43,001 nt of DNA from a virus (IMGVR_UViG_3300026825_000002:1-43001); one strand, 5' to 3'; counted from the stretch's first letter, positions 18,717 through 27,499 are shown. Made by a program: numbers and translations. Notes: generated from the sequence alone by a model not told the origin.

Positions 18717-19147
18717 AGCAGCCCCCCGCCGGTCGGCCAGCGCCGTTCGTCCGTGAAGAACGCCGCGCCGCTATCCGTCTCGGCCGAGTTGGGGCCGCCG
18801 CCGATGGAGATCTGCGCCGCCTCGAGTTCGGCGATATCGACCTTGCCGTCCGCCAGGGCCGTCAAAAAGGCGATGCGGATCTTGGCGCGCTTCTCGATCT
18901 CCTCGGACATGCGGTCGGCGGCCGGCGCCAGCTGCCAGCAGGCGAGGTCGATGGCGCACTGCTGGATGATGGCCGGGATGACCGGAAGCGGCAGCCGGTA
19001 CCGCTTGCGCAGGTACGGGTCGATCATGGCGGCAGCGGCCGTGATGGCGCGGCTGACCGCGACGTCGATGTCGACGTCGGCCGGCACGAGCGTCTCAAGG
19101 TGGCGCGCGCCGTAGATCGCCTCGATGTCCTGCCGGCTCGCGTACAC
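18713..19147 (-). CDS. Head-tail connector, Mu gp36/DUF1320 family
   Basis: MYASRQDI...IDPYLRKRYRLPL...DLACWQL. Confidence 0.9.
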   Translation of the reverse strand: MYASRQDIEAIYGARHLETLVPADVDIDVAVSRAITAAAAMIDPYLRKRYRLPLPVIPAIIQQCAIDLACWQLAPAADRMSEEIEKRAKIRIAFLTALADGKVDIAELEAAQISIGGGPNSAETDSGAAFFTDERRWPTGGGLL

Positions 19148-19324
19148 CGCAATACCTCCGCAATGGTGGGTGCCGGCTTTCCACCGGCTCGGCCGCTCCT
19201 CTCCCGGCTTGGTCCGCTCGATCCGCGTCGAGGCCGCGCCTACTCGGAACTCCCGCCCAGCGGCCCGGCCTTCACGCTCCGGTTTGTCCCGCTGCGTTGC
19301 CCGCGGTTCCTTTCGCTCGGGATC
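19148..19324 (-). ncRNA. Candidate structured RNA downstream of capsid genes
   Basis: 177-nt gap in an otherwise overlapping operon, with a chain of short hairpins carrying purine-rich loops. Confidence 0.35.
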
Positions 19325-19600
19325 TCAGTCTTCGTCGGGGTCGGGGTTCTTCGCCGGCCGCACAGTGAGCTGGGGGTCGGCCAGGATCGCTTCCCACTGC
19401 GCCTCGGTGAGATCGTCCAGGGCGAGCGGGGTGCCGGCATGGGCGAAGTCGATGCCGGCACGGCGCCGGCCCTCCTTGGCCACCGCCGACACGATCACAT
19501 GGAGGCCCTCGGGCTTGGTCGGGCCGATGGCCTCGGCGGGCTTTTGCGCCTTCTCGGCGCCGGCCGCCGGAGCCTGCTTGCTGTTGGGTTTCGCGCTCAT
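19325..19600 (-). CDS. HI1506-like protein (Mu gp35-like)
   Basis: EGRRRAGIDF...DDLTEAQWEAILADPQLTV. Confidence 0.85.
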   Translation of the reverse strand: MSAKPNSKQAPAAGAEKAQKPAEAIGPTKPEGLHVIVSAVAKEGRRRAGIDFAHAGTPLALDDLTEAQWEAILADPQLTVRPAKNPDPDED

Positions 19601-19642
19601 CGGGTCACCTTGCGAACTATCGGGGAAGGGCTGGCCCGGCGA

Positions 19643-20536
19643 TCAGCCGAGCCAGGGCGCCACGACCAGCTCGACGCGGCCGTAATCGAGGTTCGACTCG
19701 CCGCCCGCGAGGTTCTGTTTCTTGACGATGGCCTCCGCCTTCGAGCGGTTGCTCGGGCCGACGAGCAGGACGTCGGGCGTGATGCTGAGCGGCGCGCCGT
19801 AGTCCGCCTTGAGGAGCGTCATCGCCGTGAAGGCGGCGGCGAAGTTCGCCGGCGTGAGATCGGCCTTCGAGCCGAAGGCCGTCTGCCAGAAGCCGAAGCC
19901 GCCCGTGTTGCGGCTGTCCGCCCCGTAGATGAACTCCTTCTTCATGAAGACGTTCGGATCATCCGGGTTGTCGAGCGCTGCGAACACCGGCGCCTGCCGG
20001 TTCTGGAAGATCAGCGGCTTCAGCGCCTTCCGGGTGTCGAGCAGGAACCACGGCTCGGCGGTGCCGGCCTGGACGTTCGAGACGGAAACGAATGAGCCGT
20101 TGGCGTCGAGAACCGGATGGTCCGTGTCGAAGAAGAACTGGCCGTCGAAGCAGTTGGTGGTGAACCCTTGCTTGAACAGGCTGAAGATCAGTTCGTCCGG
20201 CTGGCGGCCTGCGGCGTCGCCGAGCATGCCCATCAGAGGGCGATAGAGGCCATATCGATCGTCGAGGATCGAGTTGCGCCCGACCGAGACCGTGTCCTCC
20301 CAGTCCTCGTTGACGAGGCGGTAGCTCGAGTCGGCAACGTTCTTGATCTGGCGCTCGCCGATCCATTTGCGCATGCCGGGGATCTGGTTGAGCCACGGGT
20401 ACAGCTCCTCCGACGTGGTGGACGGCACCTCGGTCGCGAAGCGGCCCCACATGGGCTGCACTGCGCCGAGGCCCGCCTGAAAGTTGGCGCGGTAGCCCGT
20501 CGTGAGCGCCCGCAGGTTGGCCGAATTGATGTCCAT
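19643..20536 (-). CDS. Mu-like major capsid protein gpT
   Basis: VPSTTSEELYPWL...MRKWIGER, CFDGQFFFDTDHP, WFLLDTRKALKPLIFQNR. Confidence 0.97.
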   Translation of the reverse strand: MDINSANLRALTTGYRANFQAGLGAVQPMWGRFATEVPSTTSEELYPWLNQIPGMRKWIGERQIKNVADSSYRLVNEDWEDTVSVGRNSILDDRYGLYRPLMGMLGDAAGRQPDELIFSLFKQGFTTNCFDGQFFFDTDHPVLDANGSFVSVSNVQAGTAEPWFLLDTRKALKPLIFQNRQAPVFAALDNPDDPNVFMKKEFIYGADSRNTGGFGFWQTAFGSKADLTPANFAAAFTAMTLLKADYGAPLSITPDVLLVGPSNRSKAEAIVKKQNLAGGESNLDYGRVELVVAPWLG

Positions 20537-20558
20537 GGTCCGTCCTCACGATGAAGGG

Positions 20559-20633
20559 TGGTTGCGGGAGGTGGATTTGAACCACCGACCTCCGGGGTAT
20601 GAGCCCGGCGCGCTACCGCTGCGCTATCCCGCC
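20559..20633 (-). tRNA. tRNA-Met(CAT), initiator-like, encoded CCA
   Basis: GGCGGGA-TA-GCGC-AGCGGTA-GCGC-G-CCGGG-CTCATAC-CCCGG-AGGTC-GGTGG-TTCAAAT-CCACC-TCCCGCA-A-CCA: complete 75-nt cloverleaf, 1:72 mismatch, three G-C pairs in the anticodon stem. Confidence 0.93.
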
Positions 20634-20638
20634 GAAGC

Positions 20639-21040
20639 TCAGAGGGTCTCGACCCAGACGCCGGTGGGCTCGATGTCGAGCACCTTGCCGGCCCTGGACC
20701 GCGTGCCCGCCCCGTCCGTCTTGGCGACCGTCTCGTCGTCGACGACGTAGCAGTCGGCCAGCAGGTCGGCTTGGCCGATGGGATCCGCGGCGGCGTTCTT
20801 CCATTTGAAGACGCCGCGGCGAATGGTGATCGCCTTGGCGCCCGCGGCACCGTCGCTGTTGTCGACGGTTTCCTCGGCCCGGCCGGCCGCCGTCAGCTCC
20901 GCGGCGGTGGCGCCGGGGACCGCATGGCCGCCGTCGACGCACACGAGGGCGCCTTGCTGGATGACCGTGGCTGCGGCGACAGGGATGACCAGAAGATCAG
21001 GCGCACGCGTGATGGTGTTGCGGGGTTTGGCGAGGGGCAT
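20639..21040 (-). CDS. Capsid decoration/cement-like protein
   Basis: IPVAAATVIQQGALV...RRGVFKW...CYVVDDETV; between protease and capsid. Confidence 0.75.
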   Translation of the reverse strand: MPLAKPRNTITRAPDLLVIPVAAATVIQQGALVCVDGGHAVPGATAAELTAAGRAEETVDNSDGAAGAKAITIRRGVFKWKNAAADPIGQADLLADCYVVDDETVAKTDGAGTRSRAGKVLDIEPTGVWVETL

Positions 21041-21073
21041 CGGGGCAGGCTCCGGTTGCGGATGGTCGCGGCG

Positions 21074-21541
21074 TCAGACGCGGCGGGCAGCGAGGAACGC
21101 GGCAGGCTCGATGCCGAGCTTGGCGGCGATCTCCTTCTCGGCGTCGCTGAGCTGGCCCGCGGCGCCGGTGCTGGGATCGGCCGTCGCGGTCGCGGGATCC
21201 ACGCCGGGCGGAACGACCACGGGCATCGCGTCGATGGCCGCCTTCGTGGCGTCGTAGTTCGCTCTGGCGAGGGCGACATAGTGGTCGCGGGCGGCGGGGG
21301 CGATCTTGCCGGCCGTGACGGCCTCGTCGACCAGGGACGAGCAGCGGGCCGCCTCGGCGGCATCCCTGGCGGCCGCGATGGTTGCCTGCGCCTGGGCCAG
21401 CGCCGCCGCCGTCGCCTCGTGCTGTTCCTTGGGCACGTACTTGTCGGGATCGATGGCCGACAGGCGCGCGATGGCGCCCTTGGCATCGTCGAGGGTCGCG
21501 GTGTCGGCGAGGCCGAGCGCCGCCAGCAGCTCTTTCAGCAT
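21074..21541 (-). CDS. Scaffold protein Z from an internal in-frame start
   Basis: GGAGGA SD before in-frame ATG 21541 (MLKELLAALGL); matches the Mu I/Z arrangement. Confidence 0.7.
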   Translation of the reverse strand: MLKELLAALGLADTATLDDAKGAIARLSAIDPDKYVPKEQHEATAAALAQAQATIAAARDAAEAARCSSLVDEAVTAGKIAPAARDHYVALARANYDATKAAIDAMPVVVPPGVDPATATADPSTGAAGQLSDAEKEIAAKLGIEPAAFLAARRV

Positions 21542-22051
21542 TGGGTCCTCCAGATGAGCGGATGCGACGGCCGGCATGCCGAGCGCCGGCGAGGTGACGA
21601 GGGCGGCGCCCTTGAGGAGACGGGCCGTCATGCCGTCCTCCTCGCGCCAGAAGGTGGGTGAGATGTAGCGATAACGGCGTGCCTGGAGCGCCTCGACGGC
21701 ATCCGGCAGCCATTCGACACGGCCGAACAACCCCTCGGGGCGTGCCTCGACGGCGACGATCCAGCCACGCGCCGGCTTCGCGCCGAGCATCATCGTGAAC
21801 TCGGTCTCGTGGTCGAAGTCGATCGGCAGCTTCAGCCCGCCCGCCGTGAAGCCGGCGGCCAGCCGCTCGGGATCGAACGCAAAGACCCGTCCGTCCCGCG
21901 CCGTGACGCGACCGCGCGGCGTGAGCTGGATCCACTCCGGCAGCGTGACCTCGCCGTCCGCGGCGGCGGTGACAACCTCGAAGGCCACGCCGCCGGCGAT
22001 CAGGTCGGCCGGGAGAATTTCGTCACGGGGGGTTGCAGTTCGCTTCGGCAT
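21074..22051 (-). CDS. Mu-like prohead protease I
   Basis: PEWIQLTPRG, LPIDFDHE, ARGWI, YRYISPTF, AALVTSPAL. Confidence 0.95.
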   Translation of the reverse strand: MPKRTATPRDEILPADLIAGGVAFEVVTAAADGEVTLPEWIQLTPRGRVTARDGRVFAFDPERLAAGFTAGGLKLPIDFDHETEFTMMLGAKPARGWIVAVEARPEGLFGRVEWLPDAVEALQARRYRYISPTFWREEDGMTARLLKGAALVTSPALGMPAVASAHLEDPMLKELLAALGLADTATLDDAKGAIARLSAIDPDKYVPKEQHEATAAALAQAQATIAAARDAAEAARCSSLVDEAVTAGKIAPAARDHYVALARANYDATKAAIDAMPVVVPPGVDPATATADPSTGAAGQLSDAEKEIAAKLGIEPAAFLAARRV

Positions 22052-22057
22052 GAGGGC

Positions 22058-22107
22058 ACCATGGCGAAGCTGGCGGAACACAAGGCCCCGGACGCACGTC
22101 CGGGGCG
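22058..22107 (-). promoter_or_regulatory. Putative late promoter (Mu P_I equivalent)
   Basis: GGCCCCGGACGCACGTCCGGGGCG (22084-22107), 20-nt spacer, -10 CATGGT 6 nt before the protease ATG. Confidence 0.75.
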
Positions 22108-22141
22108 TTTGCTATCCGGTTCGGCCGATGTTACCTTTCCG

Positions 22142-22204
22142 AAGCGGTCGAGCCATGGAGTGCCGTCCAGGTGACGTGTAGGGGTGCCGACCTACCGACC
22201 GCTT
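22142..22204 (-). ncRNA. Candidate multi-stem RNA element immediately after MuF
   Basis: Closing stem AAGCGGTCG/CGACCGCTT (9 bp) enclosing hairpins GTAGG/CCTAC and CGTC/GACG. Confidence 0.5.
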
Positions 22205-23408
22205 ATCCCTCTTTCCCCGCCGCTTTCAGAGCCTTCTGAAAGGCATCTTCGCGACCGCGGTAAACGCTGTTGAGGAAGAGCTCGCCCGAAGCGCTCGCCT
22301 TCAAGGCGATCTTCCACGGGATGCCGGCAACGCGACGCCACAGCACCAGCTTCGGGCCGGTCACCACAACGTCCGGATTGTCGATGGCCTCCTGCACGAT
22401 CGGCCAGAAGGCTGTCGTCTCGGGATGCTTCTCACGGATCTTCGCCGCGTCGGCCACGCTCAACGTGAGGGTGCGGCTCTTCGTGCCGAGCATCGCCGCC
22501 AGCTCGTCGCCGAGCGCGGCCACCGGCCAGCGCAGCCGCCCGGCCGGCGCCTGATCAGGCTCGAACCGGCGTCCATGGTCAAACCCTGCACCGTTCTCCG
22601 TGACATAGCGAAAAACCGGATCCGCCCGCAGGTGCCGGATCGTCTCGCGCCGGGCCTCGTCGCCCATACGGTCGAGCCGGTCGACAAGGCGGCGGCTCGC
22701 CATGCGCTCGCGCGTCCGGCCGGGGTTGCTCTCCCAGCCGGGATCGATACCGGCCGGGACAAGGCGCGACTCTCCGGTGGCGGGATTGGTCCAAGGCTGG
22801 AGATTGATTGGCGGGCGCTCGGTCGAGGCGCCTTCGCGCGGCGCGGCCCGGCTTCGGACCCGGCATTTGCAGCGCCAGCCGTTGGGCGGGTAGTGCGTGG
22901 CCCACCAGCTGTCATCGACCGGCAGCGTGGTGCCGACCCACGAGAGGTGCAGCGGTCGCTTCCGCTCCGACAACGAGGTCATGTATTCGAGATACGGCAG
23001 CACGTCCTTGGTGCGCTGGATGCGGATCCAGTCGCCCGCCGCCTCGGCCGAGCGGATGTTGGCGTCGTAGATGAGGGACAGGCGCCGCACCGAACCGAGC
23101 TGCGCCTTCACCAGTTGCCCGGTGCGTGGATCGCGCACGCGCCTTTCGCCCCACCAGCCCTTGGCGCGCAACGTCGGCTCGAGCTGCGCACGGAACTGCT
23201 CGAAGGGGATGCGGTCGACCACAGCCTGCCGCGTGGCCGCCCTGATATCGTCCAGGACGTCGAAGCCGGCCGTGCGGGCAACGGTATAGCCGAGGGCGTG
23301 CTCGCGCGGCGACCACTCGGACCACCGAAACGACGGCCGCGAAGGTCGCCGGTCGAAATACTCGACGACCTCCTTCGGCGTCTGGTTGAACAGGTCGTCA
23401 AGCGACAT
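22203..23408 (-). CDS. MuF (gp30-like) head morphogenesis protein with C-terminal extension
   Basis: LRAKGWWG, RRLSLIYDANIR, RPLHLSW, WWATHYPPNGWRCKCRV, GIDPGWESNPG; then about 130 extra residues. Confidence 0.93.
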   Translation of the reverse strand: MSLDDLFNQTPKEVVEYFDRRPSRPSFRWSEWSPREHALGYTVARTAGFDVLDDIRAATRQAVVDRIPFEQFRAQLEPTLRAKGWWGERRVRDPRTGQLVKAQLGSVRRLSLIYDANIRSAEAAGDWIRIQRTKDVLPYLEYMTSLSERKRPLHLSWVGTTLPVDDSWWATHYPPNGWRCKCRVRSRAAPREGASTERPPINLQPWTNPATGESRLVPAGIDPGWESNPGRTRERMASRRLVDRLDRMGDEARRETIRHLRADPVFRYVTENGAGFDHGRRFEPDQAPAGRLRWPVAALGDELAAMLGTKSRTLTLSVADAAKIREKHPETTAFWPIVQEAIDNPDVVVTGPKLVLWRRVAGIPWKIALKASASGELFLNSVYRGREDAFQKALKAAGKEG

Positions 23409-23533
23409 GAGCGGCCCCGCCGGACAGGCGCCCACCGGCGCGCGAGGACTTCCGGGACGGCCCGATGGGCGCGCCGGCCCGAAGAGGCGCCCCCAGGGGC
23501 TTCAAAACCCCTTTAACGGCGGCGCTGCGCCCC

Positions 23534-25192
23534 TCACTCCTCTCCCGCATCGCCGCGCCCCCTGCCGATCATGTTCAGGACCGCGATCCGGCGGGCGAGC
23601 CCGTCTACCGGCAGCTGCCCGTCAAGCCGGTCGAGGGAGGCGAGGAACTCGTCATAGTCGCGCGCGTCCTCGGCCGCCGCGCGGACAGCCTGCAGGATCG
23701 GATCCATGACCGGGCGCCAACCGTCCAGCTCGGCCGCGACGAGCGCGTCGATCTCGTCCTGGTCCTCACCGCCGTCCGCCTGCAGCCGCGCCGGGCCACA
23801 GGCCGGGCACACGCGCGGATCGAGACGGTAGCGGGACGGCATAGCCCCGCGCCCGGGCGGGGCGTCCCCATCCACAGACGGGCGCGCTCCCGCGCCCCCT
23901 ATGGCGCTGGCCTTCTCAACCGGCACCTGCGGGGCAGCGCGAGCCTGTCCGGCCGTGAGCAGCTTGGCGCCCTTGGCCGGCTCCTTGAGGCCGAGCACGT
24001 CGTAGACCTGAGACTGCTCGACTTCGAGCCCCCGGTCGACGAGCGAGGTCACCGCATTCGACCAGACCTGCAAATCCTTCCGCTCGGGGATCGGGAAGTG
24101 CACCTTGGGATAGGCCACCTGCGGCCCGAAGTTGAGCTGCACCACGGGGATGATGAGCTGCTGCATGAGCGTCAGCTGCAGATCCCGCGTGTCGGAGCGC
24201 TTGATGTCGATGCGGACCTTGTCGAGCGTTTCCTCGCCGGCACGGGACGAGGCGGTGCCGTCGCCGGGCTTGCCGATGATCAGCTTCGACATTTGCTCGT
24301 CGATGAAACGCGCGTGACCCTCGAACGGCCGGTCGGAAAAACCCTTCGGCTCCACGAACTCGATGTTCATGCCCTCGGGAACGATGGCGGCGGCATCGCG
24401 GCCGAGGCGTCGCACTGCGGCGAGCAGGACGGCGCGGTCGTCCTTCGACGAGCCCGGCCCGTATTTCCCGAGGCGCAGCGGCATGCCGTAGACTTCGAGG
24501 AACTGCGCCCAGTCCCGCATGCTGAAGCTCTTGAACATGAACGCCCAGGCCGCGATGCGCGCGAGCCCGTTGCGCGCCGGCAGGCCCATCTTCAGGAGCG
24601 GAACGTGCGTGAGGTACTTCAGCGGCGTGAGCGGCCGGCCGTCCGGTTCGGCCTGGATGCGCAGGCGAAACGCGCGCCGGGTCTCGCGGTCGAAGTGGAA
24701 CAGGCGCGGGTCGCGCCAGATGAACCGCTCCGGCACCCAGCGGTTGCCCGTCCGCCAGACCATCTCGACGACGGAATAGCCCTTGGCGAGACCGTCGACG
24801 AGCATGTCGGGCAGTTGCTGGAAGGCCGGCGTCTCGACCAGCTCGTTGCGCAGGAAGTCGGCGATCTCGACGTCGCGGGCGTTCTCGCTTGCCGGGTCGA
24901 CCTGGACGTTGAGCGATGTGACGCCGTTCTTCCGGGTCTCCAGCACGTAGCGATAGTGCAGCTCGCGCTCCTCCATCTCCTCGGCGAGGGTCAGGAAGTC
25001 GTACATGTCGCCGGCGGCGGCATCGCGCAGGGACGACGCAAGCCGGGCGGGCGTCAGGCCGGAGGCGACGGTCTCGTCGAACCTGTGCTGGATGCCGGTG
25101 ACGCTCGGCACGGCCTCCTCGCGCTCGAGTTCGCGCCGACTGCGGATAGGGACGCCGGTCCAGTCGACCAGCCCGGGTTTGTCAGCCATCAC
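23534..25192 (-). CDS. Portal protein, DUF935 / Mu gp29 family
   Basis: LAEEMEERE, KGYSVVEMVW, DWAQFLEVYGMPLRLGKY. Confidence 0.96.
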   Translation of the reverse strand: MMADKPGLVDWTGVPIRSRRELEREEAVPSVTGIQHRFDETVASGLTPARLASSLRDAAAGDMYDFLTLAEEMEERELHYRYVLETRKNGVTSLNVQVDPASENARDVEIADFLRNELVETPAFQQLPDMLVDGLAKGYSVVEMVWRTGNRWVPERFIWRDPRLFHFDRETRRAFRLRIQAEPDGRPLTPLKYLTHVPLLKMGLPARNGLARIAAWAFMFKSFSMRDWAQFLEVYGMPLRLGKYGPGSSKDDRAVLLAAVRRLGRDAAAIVPEGMNIEFVEPKGFSDRPFEGHARFIDEQMSKLIIGKPGDGTASSRAGEETLDKVRIDIKRSDTRDLQLTLMQQLIIPVVQLNFGPQVAYPKVHFPIPERKDLQVWSNAVTSLVDRGLEVEQSQVYDVLGLKEPAKGAKLLTAGQARAAPQVPVEKASAIGGAGARPSVDGDAPPGRGAMPSRYRLDPRVCPACGPARLQADGGEDQDEIDALVAAELDGWRPVMDPILQAVRAAAEDARDYDEFLASLDRLDGQLPVDGLARRIAVLNMIGRGRGDAGEE

Positions 25193-25198
25193 CGCACC

Positions 25199-26929
25199 TC
25201 ACCAAAGGCCGTCATTGCGGCCCGGCATCATGTTGTCGCGATAGGAATCGACCGGGCGCAGCCGCCGGCGCCGCTCGTACTCCGCGTCTGCGCCCGGCTG
25301 GGCGCTCTCGTAGCCGTAGGCCTCGAACGGCTGGCGCGTCGCCGAATAGGCGAGCACGATGGCGATGCCGGCGTCGCCGTGCCGCGTGCCGCCCGTGGCC
25401 GTGGTGGTACGCAGGGCGGGCAAGGTCGCGATGCCCTTGATGACCTTGAAGGCGCGCAGGTCCGCCGACACCTCGGCATCCTTCGGAACGGCGATCATGT
25501 CGTCTTCAAAGGCCGCTTTAACCGGCGGCATCTCGACCCGGTACCATTCGGTCGAGAACTTCACCTCGACCATGCGCTGCCCGAATTTCTGCATGCCGCT
25601 CTCGGCGAGGCTGGCGCCGATGCCGGTGGCGTCCGTCCGGCCGCCGATGAAGCGCGGCAGGCCAGCGACGAGGGCGTCGCGGATCTGCTCCTGCTGCTGG
25701 AAGGGCACGCGCTGCAGCTCGACCATGAACGGCACCACGCGGCGCATCAGCCGGCTGATCTGCATCGGGCACATCACCGTGAGGTCGCGGTGACGGCCGA
25801 CGTCCATGCCGAACCCGGTCATCAGCGTCGGATCGAGCGTCGCCCGCATGACGGGCAGCAGCTCCTCCTCGATCCAGCGCTGCACCGTCGCCTTGCGGAT
25901 GTGCTCCGGTTCCAGGGCGAACGACTCGGGGAACGACAGCCGCAGGATCGGCGCATCCACCATGCGCGCCTCGATCAGGGGCGACGGCAGCCACGCGCCC
26001 GAGCCCTGGCTCGGGATGCAGTACAGCTCCTCGTCGGCCCCATCGCGATAGTCGCTGACGAGCTTCTCGCGCCAGTCCGCCTCCTTCTCCGGGGTCCACT
26101 CGCCGTGCTTGTGCGAATTGACAAGGCACATGCGCTCGAACAGCCCGTCGCGAAGCGCATCGTCGAGGTCGAAGCGCACCAGGCCGTAATTGACGCGGCC
26201 GGCGCGGATATCGGTGATGACCTGGTTGAACGGATTGTCGGCGCCGTTGTGGGTGCTGATGACCAGCACCTTGCCGCCCCACATGAGGAAGGCCATCGCG
26301 GCCTTCAGCAACTCGGCGAGGTTGTCGACGAAGGCGGCCTCGTCGAGGATGGCGAAGCCCTGCCGGCCGCGCAGCGAACGCGGCTTCGACGACAGGGCGA
26401 CGATGGAGAAGCCCGACGCGAAATCGATCTTGAGCGCCTGGATGCCCTTCTCGGACCCGTCGTCGAAGATCGTCTCCGAGATGCCGGCGCAGACCTTTTC
26501 GAACAGGCGCGCCCACATGGCGGCGGCGTCGATGAACTCCTTCGCCATGTCATGGGACGTTCCCATGTACAGGGTGTCCATGCCGCCGTTATTGCGCGGG
26601 CTCGCCGAGCGCAGGACGGCGTCGGCTGCCGCGCCCCAGGTGGCGCCCGTGCGGCGGCTCTTCTCGACGAACACGACGTCGTACTGCTCGCACGCCAGGA
26701 CGATGCGGGCCTGATAGCCGAGCAGGACCGTGGTCTCGCGCCAGTCGGCCGCGGTGGCGCGGCCCTGCTGGGTGCGGATGAATACCCACTCGTCGCGTGT
26801 CGGCCGCGCCGTGATGTCGGCGGTCGCGGCGGTGATGGCGATCGAAGCGGCAGCGGCCGTCGTGATCCCGTCGCGCAGGCCTTTGCGGATCGCCTTGCCG
26901 GCGGCCTTGAGGATGTCCCCGTCAGCCAT
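25199..26929 (-). CDS. Terminase large subunit (Mu gp28-like)
   Basis: EKSRRTGATW, LRGRQG..ILDEAAF, ISTHNG, GMDVGR, HGDAGIA. Confidence 0.96.
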   Translation of the reverse strand: MADGDILKAAGKAIRKGLRDGITTAAAASIAITAATADITARPTRDEWVFIRTQQGRATAADWRETTVLLGYQARIVLACEQYDVVFVEKSRRTGATWGAAADAVLRSASPRNNGGMDTLYMGTSHDMAKEFIDAAAMWARLFEKVCAGISETIFDDGSEKGIQALKIDFASGFSIVALSSKPRSLRGRQGFAILDEAAFVDNLAELLKAAMAFLMWGGKVLVISTHNGADNPFNQVITDIRAGRVNYGLVRFDLDDALRDGLFERMCLVNSHKHGEWTPEKEADWREKLVSDYRDGADEELYCIPSQGSGAWLPSPLIEARMVDAPILRLSFPESFALEPEHIRKATVQRWIEEELLPVMRATLDPTLMTGFGMDVGRHRDLTVMCPMQISRLMRRVVPFMVELQRVPFQQQEQIRDALVAGLPRFIGGRTDATGIGASLAESGMQKFGQRMVEVKFSTEWYRVEMPPVKAAFEDDMIAVPKDAEVSADLRAFKVIKGIATLPALRTTTATGGTRHGDAGIAIVLAYSATRQPFEAYGYESAQPGADAEYERRRRLRPVDSYRDNMMPGRNDGLW

Positions 26930-27497
26930 CGCGGACCCCGAACAACTCGCGCTTGAAGTCCTCCTTCGCTTCCGGGCTGAGCCCCTTGAAGGCGCCGACC
27001 TTGTCGACGGCATCGTCGACCTTCTTGCGGAAGTCCTTCTCGATGATCTTGCGGGTGTCGGCCGAGATCTTCTTGGCGCGCTCGGCCGAGGCGACGGCGG
27101 TGGCGAGGTTCGCCACCATCTCGGCCGTGAGCGGCGTCGCCTTCAGGTTGCCGGCGTTTTCGAGCAGCTCGAACACGAGGCTCTTGATGGTCTCGCTGAC
27201 GAGCAGCGTCAGTTTCTCGTCGCCGCCATCCTCGAACTTCGTGGCAAGGGCGCTGGCGATCTCACGAACCTCGCCCAGGCGGTGCGCCATGCGCGCGGTG
27301 CGTACGGCCGCCCGGTTGAAGGCCGAGGAGCTGATCGGGTCGATGCCCTTGAGCTTCAGCCGCAGGTTGAGCTGCTCGCGGATCTCCTCCTGGGTCATCT
27401 TGCGCTCGCGCAGCTGCGCGAACGCCCAGGCAACATCCTCTTCGGCTTCGGGCGGAAGAAGGTCGATCGACGAAAGGCGGCCGCGTCCGCGCGCCAT
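26922..27497 (-). CDS. Terminase small subunit, DUF3486 / Mu gp27 family
   Basis: GRGRLSSIDLLP...ISSSAFNR; directly upstream of TerL. Confidence 0.88.
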   Translation of the reverse strand: MARGRGRLSSIDLLPPEAEEDVAWAFAQLRERKMTQEEIREQLNLRLKLKGIDPISSSAFNRAAVRTARMAHRLGEVREIASALATKFEDGGDEKLTLLVSETIKSLVFELLENAGNLKATPLTAEMVANLATAVASAERAKKISADTRKIIEKDFRKKVDDAVDKVGAFKGLSPEAKEDFKRELFGVRDG

Positions 27498-27499
27498 GA

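Noticed and set aside
20559-20633. tRNA as an integration (att) site
   Set aside because: Internal to the head operon, no duplicated fragment, no integrase; the element moves by DDE transposition
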